The notes: generated by a model not told the origin, from the letters alone. Positions 28,899-36,451 are shown, counted from the stretch's first letter. The stretch: DNA of 64,000 nucleotides from a virus (IMGVR_UViG_2595698868_000001:32001-96000), one strand, 5' to 3'. Made by a program: numbers and translations.

Positions 28899-29048
28899 TG
28901 CGGCTGCGCTTCGGCGCGGGCTAAAGGCAGTTCTGGGGGAAGACGGCCCTCGACGTCTTCGGGCGTCTTGCTAGTCGTCTGGACAAACGGGCTGGTGAGG
29001 GGGCGACCGCACTCGACCTCTCCGGTGAGTGACCACCCACAAGTCGCA
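28899..29048 (+). ncRNA. candidate ~150-nt multibranched ncRNA
   Basis: closing helix TGCGGCT/AGTCGCA, two cUUCGg hairpins, TTGACT promoter at 28861. Confidence 0.45.
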
Positions 29049-29263
29049 GGTTCAATTTTCTACTTGCACCGTTCGCGCGGCGTAGCTAGAAGATCGACGT
29101 GGGCCGCCGGGGAGCGGCCTGTCGTGGTTTCGGCCACACAAAGCCCCACCCGGCTCTCCCTACGAATTTTTCTTTGACAGTATTCTTGACACCCGTCTCG
29201 AACTGTGAGAGAAGCAAATCCTCAACGGGCCACAGCGCCCACGTTTTCGCCTTGGATCAGAAG

Positions 29264-29383
29264 ATGACCTTCTCGACGCATAAGCCGAGCACTTTGAAGC
29301 CCGCCACCGGCGCGGCCTCGCTCGCCCATGCGTCCCTTCTGACGCCGGCGACGAGCAAGCCGTCGCTATCACGGTCGCTCTAG
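29264..29383 (+). CDS. putative leader/attenuator peptide of tRNA operon 1 (MTFSTHKPSTLKPATGAASLAHASLLTPATSKPSLSRSL)
   Basis: 35 of 38 internal residues are T/S/H/K/P/L/A, the amino acids of the downstream tRNAs; TTGACA promoter at 29186. Confidence 0.75.
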   Translation: MTFSTHKPSTLKPATGAASLAHASLLTPATSKPSLSRSL

Positions 29384-29498
29384 GACTCCAGTAGTCCTCT
29401 TCAGAAGCGGCCGGATCACCGCCGCTTCTGCTCTCCACGCTTACACCCCAAAGCACAGCAGACGCGGCCCCTCCAACTCGGGGTTCGTTAACCATCAT

Positions 29499-29576
29499 CT
29501 GCGTGTAGCTCAGTCTGGTTAGAGCGCTCGGTCCGGAGCCGAGGGGTCGTAGGTTCAAATCCTGCTACGCAGACCA
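29499..29576 (+). tRNA. tRNA-Pro(CGG), C33/A37
   Basis: C1-G72, A73; loop TCCGGAG. Confidence 0.85.
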
Positions 29577-29583
29577 AATCAGT

Positions 29584-29658
29584 CAGAGTCTGGCCGAGCG
29601 GCTAGGCACCGGTTTTGGGAACCGGACGAGGCGGGTTCAACTCCTGCGGCTCTGACCA
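29584..29658 (+). tRNA. tRNA-Pro(TGG)
   Basis: loop TTTGGGA, C1-G72, A73. Confidence 0.9.
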
Positions 29659-29659
29659 T

Positions 29660-29736
29660 CAGTGTGTGGCGCAGTTTGGTAGCGCGCTTGCTCGGGATGC
29701 AAGAGGTCGCAGGTTCAAATCCTGCTACACTGACCA
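29660..29736 (+). tRNA. tRNA-Pro(GGG), C33/A37
   Basis: cttgc-TCGGGAT-gcaag. Confidence 0.85.
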
Positions 29737-29742
29737 GTTTAA

Positions 29743-29815
29743 GCTGTCGCGTGTGGATTCACGCCGGCCCCTTGGTATGGGGCAGTAGAAGGTTCAATTC
29801 CTTCCGGCAGCACCA
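29743..29815 (+). tRNA. tRNA-Thr(GGT), atypical short D-arm
   Basis: GCTGTCG/CGGCAGC, gcccc-TTGGTAT-ggggc, CCA. Confidence 0.75.
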
Positions 29816-29820
29816 AGTTC

Positions 29821-29890
29821 GCCGATGCTTCAGGGAAGAAGTGTCTTTCGTAGTGACGCCAGGAGGGTTCGAGTCCTTCCATCGGCACCA
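29821..29890 (+). tRNA. tRNA-Thr(CGT), truncated D-arm (70 nt)
   Basis: GCCGATG/CATCGGC, loop TTCGTAG, T-arm, CCA. Confidence 0.7.
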
Positions 29891-29931
29891 GTTTTAATTC
29901 TTGATCCGAGGAGATCAAATGTAGACAAAAT

Positions 29932-30012
29932 GGATCGTGAGCTTAATTCCGGGTGGCCGGGACCGTCCTCTTAAGTCGAGAGCAAGTGGTTCGACTCCAC
30001 CACGATCCTCCA
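29932..30012 (+). tRNA. atypical tRNA-Lys(CTT)-like gene
   Basis: GGATCGT/ACGATCC acceptor, CTCTTAA loop with weak stem, rearranged D region, CCA. Confidence 0.55.
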
Positions 30013-30018
30013 AAACAT

Positions 30019-30108
30019 GGGTGAGTTCTCCGAGCGGTCGAAGGGGAGTGACTCTTAATCACTTGGACGAAAGTCCCACCGTGGGTTCGAATCCCACCTC
30101 ACCCTCCA
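30019..30108 (+). tRNA. tRNA-Lys(CTT) with long variable arm
   Basis: agtga-CTCTTAA-tcact, V-arm GGAC-GAAA-GTCC. Confidence 0.85.
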
Positions 30109-30114
30109 ATTTAT

Positions 30115-30202
30115 CCCGGTGTGACGAAGTTTGGTAGACGTGCGAGTTTCAGATACTCGTGTCCGAGAGGGCGGGGAGGTTCGAATCCTCTCACCGGGAC
30201 CA
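30115..30202 (+). tRNA. tRNA-Leu(CAG), A37
   Basis: class II cloverleaf, loop TTCAGAT. Confidence 0.9.
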
Positions 30203-30209
30203 AATTAAT

Positions 30210-30296
30210 GCCCAACTGGTCGGAATGGCAGACGCAGGATACTCAAAATATCCGGACCGCAAGGTCGTCCCGGTTCAAGTCCGGGGTTGGGCACCA
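30210..30296 (+). tRNA. tRNA-Leu(CAA)
   Basis: class II cloverleaf, loop CTCAAAA. Confidence 0.92.
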
Positions 30297-30303
30297 AGTT
30301 TAA

Positions 30304-30391
30304 CGCAGCGTGGCGGAGTCTGGTAGACGCGCCATCTTGAGAGGGTGGTGTCCGAAAGGGCGGGGAGGTTCGAATCCTCTCGCTGCGACCA
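30304..30391 (+). tRNA. tRNA-Leu(GAG), A37
   Basis: class II cloverleaf, loop TTGAGAG. Confidence 0.9.
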
Positions 30392-30399
30392 AGTTCTGA

Positions 30400-30474
30400 T
30401 CTGGTGTAGTCGAGTGGTTAAGACGCCGCATTGTGGATGCGGAGGCTCTGGTTCAATCCCAGGCACCAGTACCA
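30400..30474 (+). tRNA. tRNA-His(GTG), alphaproteobacterial type (no G-1, U72/A73)
   Basis: ccgca-TTGTGGA-tgcgg; 3' end CACCAGT-A-CCA. Confidence 0.88.
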
Positions 30475-30478
30475 ATAC

Positions 30479-30553
30479 GGGGATGTAGCTCAGGGGTAGA
30501 GCGGCTGTTTTGCAAGCAGCGGGTCGGGGGTTCGAATCCCTCCATCTCCACCA
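30479..30553 (+). tRNA. tRNA-Ala(TGC)
   Basis: G3.U70, canonical. Confidence 0.92.
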
Positions 30554-30558
30554 ACAAC

Positions 30559-30631
30559 GGGGTATGCGCAGGGTCCGCAGGCATCCTTTGCAAGGAAGCT
30601 GAGGTGGGTTCGAGTCCCACATACTCCACCA
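30559..30631 (+). tRNA. tRNA-Ala(TGC), atypical D-arm
   Basis: G3.U70 retained, TTTGCAA loop, reduced D-arm. Confidence 0.75.
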
Positions 30632-30632
30632 C

Positions 30633-30722
30633 GGATGGTGAACCGGTCAGGCGCGCCGGGGCGGTTTCGAAAGCCGAGCGGACCTTCACGGGTTTGGGGA
30701 TCATGCCCTCCGCCATCCGCCA
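30633..30722 (+). tRNA. (8/4) tRNA-Ser(CGA)
   Basis: 8-bp acceptor GGATGGTG/CGCCATCC, 4-bp T-stem, loop ATCATGC, V-arm. Confidence 0.85.
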
Positions 30723-30726
30723 ACAT

Positions 30727-30816
30727 GGAGAGCGAACCGGACAGCCGCGCCGGGACCGATTGGAAATCGCGTCGGACCTTCACGGGTCTGGGGATGGTGT
30801 CCTCCGTTCTCCGCCA
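30727..30816 (+). tRNA. (8/4) tRNA-Ser(GGA)
   Basis: GGAGAGCG/CGTTCTCC, T-loop ATGGTGT. Confidence 0.85.
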
Positions 30817-30820
30817 ACAA

Positions 30821-30908
30821 GGATGTATGGCTGAGAGGCTGAAAGCGCCCGTCTTGAAAACGGGTCGACCGCAAGGTCGCGGGAGTTCGAATCTCTCTAC
30901 ATCCGCCA
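30821..30908 (+). tRNA. tRNA-Ser(TGA)
   Basis: canonical class II, G73. Confidence 0.92.
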
Positions 30909-30979
30909 AATGAGGGTCACGACCTCTCTCGCCTGTCGTGAGCAAATTCAGGGAGGATCGCCCTGGAGCCCGTGTAATT

Positions 30980-31067
30980 GGAGAACAAATCGGCCGGCGG
31001 CCGAGACCGATTGCTAATCGAGTCGGACCTTCACGGGTCTGGGGATGGTGCCCTCTGTTCTCCGCCA
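30980..31067 (+). tRNA. (8/4) tRNA-Ser(GCT)
   Basis: GGAGAACA/TGTTCTCC, T-loop ATGGTGC. Confidence 0.85.
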
Positions 31068-31096
31068 TATTCAACCGCGAGCAAGGGAGCCGCAAC

Positions 31097-31318
31097 ATGA
31101 CGACGATGACGCAATGCCGACTGGAACGCAATGGCGCGGTCCAAGTCGCCTGGATCGAGTCGAAGTTCGCTAAGCCGACGAAGGTCGTCAAGATCAAGGT
31201 CGACGGCGAATGGGAAGACGGGTGGGTGGTCGCCAAGACCGGCACGACCCTACCGGCCGAAACGGTCCAGAAGCGCGAGCGGGACTTCAAGTCACACCGC
31301 CGCGCCACCGACGTGTAA
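31097..31318 (+). CDS. hypothetical protein
   Basis: GGGAG SD; MTTMTQCRL...AWIE.KFAK. Confidence 0.75.
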   Translation: MTTMTQCRLERNGAVQVAWIESKFAKPTKVVKIKVDGEWEDGWVVAKTGTTLPAETVQKRERDFKSHRRATDV

Positions 31319-31321
31319 GGG

Positions 31322-31356
31322 AAACGCCCCGGTTGCGAGACCGGGGCGTTCTTTTG
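31322..31356. terminator. bidirectional intrinsic terminator ending tRNA operon 1
   Basis: AACGCCCCGGT-TGCGAG-ACCGGGGCGTT followed by CTTTT. Confidence 0.85.
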
Positions 31357-31809
31357 TTAGGCCGTCACGCCGTCAGTAGCGGCGATGACCAGCCATTGAG
31401 TACCGGTCCAGCGCAGGATCACCATCGTGGGCGGCGTAGGCACATGCGCGCCCACCACTCCGAGCGGATTGAATGGTAGGAAAGTCAATTCCTGGTACTG
31501 CTGCGCGTTCCATTGGAACGGCTTGCCCGGCGCCGTCTCCGCCAGATTGAGCGTTTCTGAAAGCGCTCGCAACTTGAACGTGGCTCGATTGGCGGTGTTC
31601 GTGCCAGATTCGAACTGAGACGGCAGCGGCAGTAGACGGACGACAATCTCGTCACCGGGCGATTCGCCCGGCGCGAGCCAGCCGTACAGCGTGACGTCGC
31701 TGTTATGCTCCAGGCGGATATCCACCTGACGCTCGTCGTTGCGGTTGATCACCGGGGCCACGGCGTAATTGGTCGCGGCCTGCGGAATTGAGATCAAGGT
31801 AGCAGACAT
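31357..31809 (-). CDS. hypothetical protein
   Basis: AAGGA SD, start MSATLISIPQ within the longer ORF. Confidence 0.65.
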   Translation of the reverse strand: MSATLISIPQAATNYAVAPVINRNDERQVDIRLEHNSDVTLYGWLAPGESPGDEIVVRLLPLPSQFESGTNTANRATFKLRALSETLNLAETAPGKPFQWNAQQYQELTFLPFNPLGVVGAHVPTPPTMVILRWTGTQWLVIAATDGVTA

Positions 31810-31929
31810 ATGGTATTCCTTGGTTTGATGGAACCAGACAACGTCGTCCGGCTCAGCTTGTGTAGCGAACATAACCGGAACATGCAAGACCAGAATGGAC
31901 AGAAATTCTGGCGACGCTAAACTGCGCCC

Positions 31930-32565
31930 ATGACTTACCCGATCGCGCCGACCGCCTTTCCTGAGAACCCGTTCAACCCGGCATGGGTAGCTCGCGATTT
32001 CTTCTACTCCCAGGATGGGATTGGCGAGCATCCTGAACACGCTTGCAAGCGCACCTTCGAGAAGTCCGCGCCGTTCATCTCCGGCGTCCGCAACGCCATC
32101 GACATTGGCTGCCGTGACGGCGAATACAGCCGTTACTTGCAGACTCGGTTCACGCACGTTTATGGCTTCGATCCGCGCCGGCGCGAGTACCTGCCGTTCA
32201 ACGTCGATCTCGGGCGCATGACGCACTTCCTCTGTGCGCTGGGCGATGAGCCCGGTACGATCAAGATGTCTGGAGGTACGCACAATCCGCATGGCCGGAA
32301 GCAGCACTACGCCCCGTGCTTCACCCTCGACAGCTTCAATCTCCAGGATATCGACTACGTCAAGATCGACGTCGAAGGATTCGAGAAGAAGGTACTGATT
32401 GGCGGTTGGGTAACGATTGAGCGTTGCCGGCCGATGATCGTCATCGAGCAAAACGATGTCGTGCTACCGGGGGCCTCGCGCTACGAGGCGCGCGATTGGC
32501 TGGAGCAGCGGGGCTATAGCGTCGCCGCGATCAGCAAGGATGACCTGATCATGGTTCCGCAATAA
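31930..32565 (+). CDS. FkbM family methyltransferase
   Basis: AIDIGC, TLDSF, VKIDVEGFE, RPMIVIE motifs. Confidence 0.9.
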   Translation: MTYPIAPTAFPENPFNPAWVARDFFYSQDGIGEHPEHACKRTFEKSAPFISGVRNAIDIGCRDGEYSRYLQTRFTHVYGFDPRRREYLPFNVDLGRMTHFLCALGDEPGTIKMSGGTHNPHGRKQHYAPCFTLDSFNLQDIDYVKIDVEGFEKKVLIGGWVTIERCRPMIVIEQNDVVLPGASRYEARDWLEQRGYSVAAISKDDLIMVPQ

Positions 32566-32578
32566 CGAGGAGACTTAC

Positions 32579-32809
32579 ATGACCGACGACCAAATCAAGC
32601 ACATGACCGACCGCTTTCTAGGCTGGAAGCTGCCGGCCAACTTCCAACCCGACGCCGGGATCAGCTTCCAGCCCGAGTACAATGTCGAGTTCATGGCGAG
32701 CCAGGGCAAGCCGCCCATGCGTCATGAGCCGGTCGGCACCAACCTGTTCAGCGCCGAGCAGGCCCAGGCGATGATCCGCCACATGCTGGAAGGCCTGCCG
32801 GCCTATTAA
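32579..32809 (+). CDS. hypothetical protein
   Basis: GAGGAG SD; RFLGWKLP.NF.PD.GISF...P.GTNL. Confidence 0.8.
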   Translation: MTDDQIKHMTDRFLGWKLPANFQPDAGISFQPEYNVEFMASQGKPPMRHEPVGTNLFSAEQAQAMIRHMLEGLPAY

Positions 32810-33060
32810 CAGTGTTGACAGGGCTGGCGCCACATGCCAGTAATCCTGTCAGCCAATAGACCCCCTGACGGCGTTCGAGCGATGCGAAGCTCCCGGCATG
32901 CACCGGGCTCCCACAGCATCGTCCCGCCCTCCTGGGGATGCGGCTTCGAGCAGTTTCGTCTGGCCCATCTCACAAAAAGGTGCCCGACGGGGTTGGTGGA
33001 TCACCCGATGCGTACGCGCATCTGAAAACCACCACGAGTTCGCCGGTTCGCCGGCCTTAT

Positions 33061-33186
33061 ACGGGTGAAGCTCTAGGGTTGTCTCGGTGTAGCGCTGCAC
33101 CGGGCCTTAGGTGGGGAGCGCTTCCCATCATGGAGTGCCGGGTCGTTAACCCGGAGGCGGGGGTTCGAGTCCCTCCACCCGTTCCA
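33061..33186 (+). tRNA. tRNA-Asn(GTT)-like RNA with ~50-nt structured D-loop insertion
   Basis: ACGGGTG/CACCCGT, D-stem GCTC/GAGT, ccggg-TCGTTAA-cccgg, GGTTCGAGTCC, CCA. Confidence 0.7.
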
Positions 33187-33310
33187 ATCATAGGTGGGCC
33201 AGCGGAGAATTTCATCCGTTCGCTGGATCAAGAAAAGGGACGCCGGGGTCTTGCCGGCTACCGAGGGCGCGGCAACTGAACCGCCTACCCCACCGCCTCC
33301 CGGAGCTTCC

Positions 33311-34072
33311 ATGCGCATCCTGGTCTTGAGCGATCTGCACCTCGAATTTGGAGCCATGGATCGCAATTGGGAGCCGCCCGAATGCGACGCGGTGATCCTG
33401 GCCGGCGACATCGCCACCGGCGTCGTCGGCGTCATGTGGGCCAAGACGATTCGGGCTCCCGTCTTCTACGTGCCGGGCAACCACGAATTCTACGGCAAGC
33501 GGCGCTATCATCGCCACATGGAGAAGCTGCACGCCAAGGCGGAGGACTCCAATGTCGCCGTCATGCAGAACCGCATCATCCAGGGCGAGATCGCCGGCGA
33601 GAAGGTCCGTATCCTGGGCGCCACTATGTGGACCGACTTTGGGCTGCACGGGACCGAGCATCTTTCCCAGGTCGCCGCCCAGCGCGAGATGAACGACTAC
33701 AAGCAGATCAGGCTCGATCACAGCAAGATGCTGACGGCCGACGACACGCGCAGCCTGCATCTGGAATCTCGTTATTGGCTGAGCGAGCAACTGCGCCAGC
33801 CGTTCGACGGCAAGACGATCGTCATCACCCACCACGCCCCGTCGGAGCAGTCAATCCCTCCGCGTTATCGTGGCGATGCGCTGTCGCCGGCCTATGCCGC
33901 GCGCCTGGAGAACCTGATCTGCAACTACGAGCCCACGCTGTGGGTTCACGGGCACATTCACGACAGCCTGGACTACCGCATCTGCGGGACGCGCATCGTC
34001 TGCAACCCACGCGGCTATAAGGGCCACGAACTCAACAAGAACTTCGATCCGCATCTGGTGGTGGAGATTTAA
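33311..34072 (+). CDS. calcineurin-like metallophosphoesterase
   Basis: SDLHLE, LAGDI, GNHE, THHAP, HGHIH motifs. Confidence 0.92.
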   Translation: MRILVLSDLHLEFGAMDRNWEPPECDAVILAGDIATGVVGVMWAKTIRAPVFYVPGNHEFYGKRRYHRHMEKLHAKAEDSNVAVMQNRIIQGEIAGEKVRILGATMWTDFGLHGTEHLSQVAAQREMNDYKQIRLDHSKMLTADDTRSLHLESRYWLSEQLRQPFDGKTIVITHHAPSEQSIPPRYRGDALSPAYAARLENLICNYEPTLWVHGHIHDSLDYRICGTRIVCNPRGYKGHELNKNFDPHLVVEI

Positions 34073-34074
34073 CG

Positions 34075-34347
34075 ATGAAGGTATGGCGCGTGCTGGGCGG
34101 CGAGGTCAAAGACCTCCAGGCTCCTCAGCCCAAGACGGTCAACGAGTGCGTCGCGCTCTTTCGCGATCAGGCGACCGTTGAGTGGACGGGCGACTACGAG
34201 GATGCGAAGGCGGCCAAGGACGCCTGGAAGGCCCGCGCCCAGCAGACCGTAGACAACGCCCTCATGCGTTTCTTCATCATCGAGATGGACGTCGAGGTTA
34301 TGACGCCGCCGGAGTACGTCGCGCGCCTCCAGGAGCAGCACGCCTAA
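34075..34347 (+). CDS. DUF4170-like alphaproteobacterial protein
   Basis: VLGGEVKD ... AWKARAQQTVDNALMRFFI. Confidence 0.7.
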   Translation: MKVWRVLGGEVKDLQAPQPKTVNECVALFRDQATVEWTGDYEDAKAAKDAWKARAQQTVDNALMRFFIIEMDVEVMTPPEYVARLQEQHA

Positions 34348-34868
34348 TGGCTTACCGCCAAATCATCCCCATCACCGATCCTCTCCTGAGCAAACCTTCC
34401 GTCCCGATCGAACTGATCGACGGTGAAGTACCGCAAGCGATCCTCGATCTCGCCGGCGACATGCTGGAGACCTGCCGGGCCATCAACGGCGCCGGGCTCG
34501 CCGCAGTCCAGGTGGGCGAGCCGGTCCGCATGTTCGTGATGGACCTCGCCCAGATCAACGGCCCGACCATGATCTTCATCAACCCCGAGATCATCTTGCG
34601 CTCGGGCGAGACGATCGAGATGCTTGAGGGTTGCCTGTCGATGCCCGGCATCGGATTCACCCTGGAACGCGCCGCGTCCGTAACGGTCCGCTATACCGCG
34701 ATCGACGGCGAGGAGAAGACCTACGACGCCGGCGGCTACGCGGCGATCTGCTGTCAGCATGAAATCGACCACCTGGACGGCGTTAGGCATATTGACCACT
34801 TGTCGAAGCTGAAGCGTTCGCGCTACATGTCCAAGTTCAAGAGCATGCTGAAAGCACGCTCTGGTTAA
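34347..34868 (+). CDS. def: peptide deformylase
   Basis: GAGLAAVQ, EGCLS, QHEIDHLDG motifs. Confidence 0.95.
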   Translation: MAYRQIIPITDPLLSKPSVPIELIDGEVPQAILDLAGDMLETCRAINGAGLAAVQVGEPVRMFVMDLAQINGPTMIFINPEIILRSGETIEMLEGCLSMPGIGFTLERAASVTVRYTAIDGEEKTYDAGGYAAICCQHEIDHLDGVRHIDHLSKLKRSRYMSKFKSMLKARSG

Positions 34869-34892
34869 TTTAACTCTCTGCCTGGAGTCCAC

Positions 34893-36092
34893 ATGTCCCA
34901 CTTCGCCCTCGTGGTCGTGACGACCACCAACTCGAAAGATCAACTCAAAGAGGTGCTTCAGCCCTTCCACGAGTTCGAGTGTACCGGCATCAGCGATCAA
35001 TATGTTGTCGAGGTCGATGACACCGACGAGAAGCGCGCGTCGTACGAGACCGCGAAACGTCGCCGTTACCGTTCGCCGGACGGAGCCCTGCACGATCCGT
35101 ACGACAACATCTACTTCCGCGATCTCACGGCTGATGAACTCAAGCAGGCCGGTACCGAGAAATTCGCCCGCATCCCAGGCCTGTTCATCCACGACCAGGA
35201 CTGGAATGACGGGCGTGGATATCGCTCGAAGGTTCACTTCGTGCCGACGGGCTGGGAAGATGTCGAAGTTCCCGTCAAGGAGTTCTCCTCGCTCCGCGAC
35301 TACATCGCCGACGAAACGGATCGCAAGGTCATCGTTCAAGGCGGGCTGCCTGACTACGACGATCAGCACAAGCATGGTTACACGATCGTCGACGCCAAGG
35401 GTGAGGTCGTGAAGACGGTGCGTCGCACCAACCCGAACGCCAAGTGGGATTGGTGGGAGATCGGCGGTCGGTATCGCGGGCGTCTTCTGTCCAAGGGCGT
35501 CTTCGGTTACCAAGGTCGGCCGGGCACCTTCAATAACGACACCTACCACCAGGGCGGCAGCGACGGCCTGCTCAAGGGCGAGATCGACTTCGAGCGCATG
35601 CGCAGGCTGAACGTCGAGAAGCACCTGGGTTTGGTGGAGGAGGCGTACGCCAAGATGGGCGACGTGTCCCGCGAAGAAGTCAAGGCGCTCTGCATCGAAT
35701 ACGCTGACCTTTTCAACAAGGTCATGCGGCCGAAGTTCGCCGCGATCGACGCCGGCACCTGGAAGGACGGCAACGTCTGGGAAAAGGCGAACGCCGAAAG
35801 TCCGCGCTTCGAGGAACTCGGCAAGCTCCTCGACCCCTTCTACGACTACTTCAACGGCGCCGGCTTCGATCGTGACATCGGCGATCCCTGGGCCTGGGCG
35901 GAGGCCATCCCGCCGCTGACCGCTTACGCCTACCTGGGTACCGATGGTGTCTGGCGCGCCTCGGGCGAGATGGGCTGGTTTGGCATTTCGTCCAAGGAAA
36001 AGGACTCGGGCGAATGGAATCGCGAGTTCGCCAAGGCCCTCGCTGCCGTGCCGGATCACCACATGATCTGGGTGGTCGACTGCCACATCTGA
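34893..36092 (+). CDS. conserved phage hypothetical protein
   Basis: MSHF..V, NPNAKWDWWEIGGR, GEMGWFG, VVDCHI family pattern. Confidence 0.85.
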   Translation: MSHFALVVVTTTNSKDQLKEVLQPFHEFECTGISDQYVVEVDDTDEKRASYETAKRRRYRSPDGALHDPYDNIYFRDLTADELKQAGTEKFARIPGLFIHDQDWNDGRGYRSKVHFVPTGWEDVEVPVKEFSSLRDYIADETDRKVIVQGGLPDYDDQHKHGYTIVDAKGEVVKTVRRTNPNAKWDWWEIGGRYRGRLLSKGVFGYQGRPGTFNNDTYHQGGSDGLLKGEIDFERMRRLNVEKHLGLVEEAYAKMGDVSREEVKALCIEYADLFNKVMRPKFAAIDAGTWKDGNVWEKANAESPRFEELGKLLDPFYDYFNGAGFDRDIGDPWAWAEAIPPLTAYAYLGTDGVWRASGEMGWFGISSKEKDSGEWNREFAKALAAVPDHHMIWVVDCHI

Positions 36093-36147
36093 AAAAAGTT
36101 TGCCGGAATAGTTGACACGTTTCGGCAAGTGTGAGACACACAATCCC

Positions 36148-36243
36148 ATGATGACCTATCGCAACAACGTGCGCCAAATTCGAGTTCGCCAGTTTAACTT
36201 GGCGGGCCGTTCGCACGTGGGCGATGGAGGCAGCGAGGGTTAA
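36148..36243 (+). CDS. putative leader/attenuator peptide of tRNA operon 2 (MMTYRNNVRQIRVRQFNLAGRSHVGDGGSEG)
   Basis: codons 4-17 are all Y/R/N/V/Q/I/F, matching the downstream tRNAs; TTGACA at 36112; probably leaderless. Confidence 0.8.
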   Translation: MMTYRNNVRQIRVRQFNLAGRSHVGDGGSEG

Positions 36244-36273
36244 GCCCTCAGGCACCATCAAACAGATCGAGCG

Positions 36274-36311
36274 AAGGCCCGCCAGGAACCCCTGGCGGGC
36301 CTTTTCTTTTT
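36274..36311 (+). terminator. attenuator terminator between leader ORF and tRNA operon 2
   Basis: AAGGCCCGCCAGG-AACC-CCTGGCGGGCCTT plus T-tract; 5' arm complementary to 36199-36214. Confidence 0.88.
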
Positions 36312-36364
36312 CCACTTTCCGATCCGAGGAGATCGTCATGAACAACGGCGGGTAACCGCCTTCT

Positions 36365-36450
36365 GGGTAGGCATCGGGCACGAGTGAGCCCAACCGACTG
36401 TAAATCGGCCGCGAAAGCTGTGAGGGTGCGAATTCCCTCCCTGCCCTCCA
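36365..36450 (+). tRNA. atypical tRNA-Tyr(GTA)
   Basis: CTGTAAA loop, V-arm, odd D-arm, T-loop TGCGAAT, U73. Confidence 0.75.
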
Positions 36451-36451
36451 T

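Noticed and set aside
29096-29156. ZTP riboswitch-like CCGGGGAGCG segment
   Set aside because: The upstream GACTGGCG and downstream CGCCTGGG elements are missing; kept only as an unassigned RNA.
29664-31096. ORFs predicted across the tRNA clusters (also 36248-37338)
   Set aside because: They overlap clear tRNA genes and are spurious translations.
32915-32995. HDV-like/theta or hammerhead ribozyme next to tRNAs (also 30909-30979)
   Set aside because: I could not build P2/L3 or the CUGANGA/GAAA core by hand.
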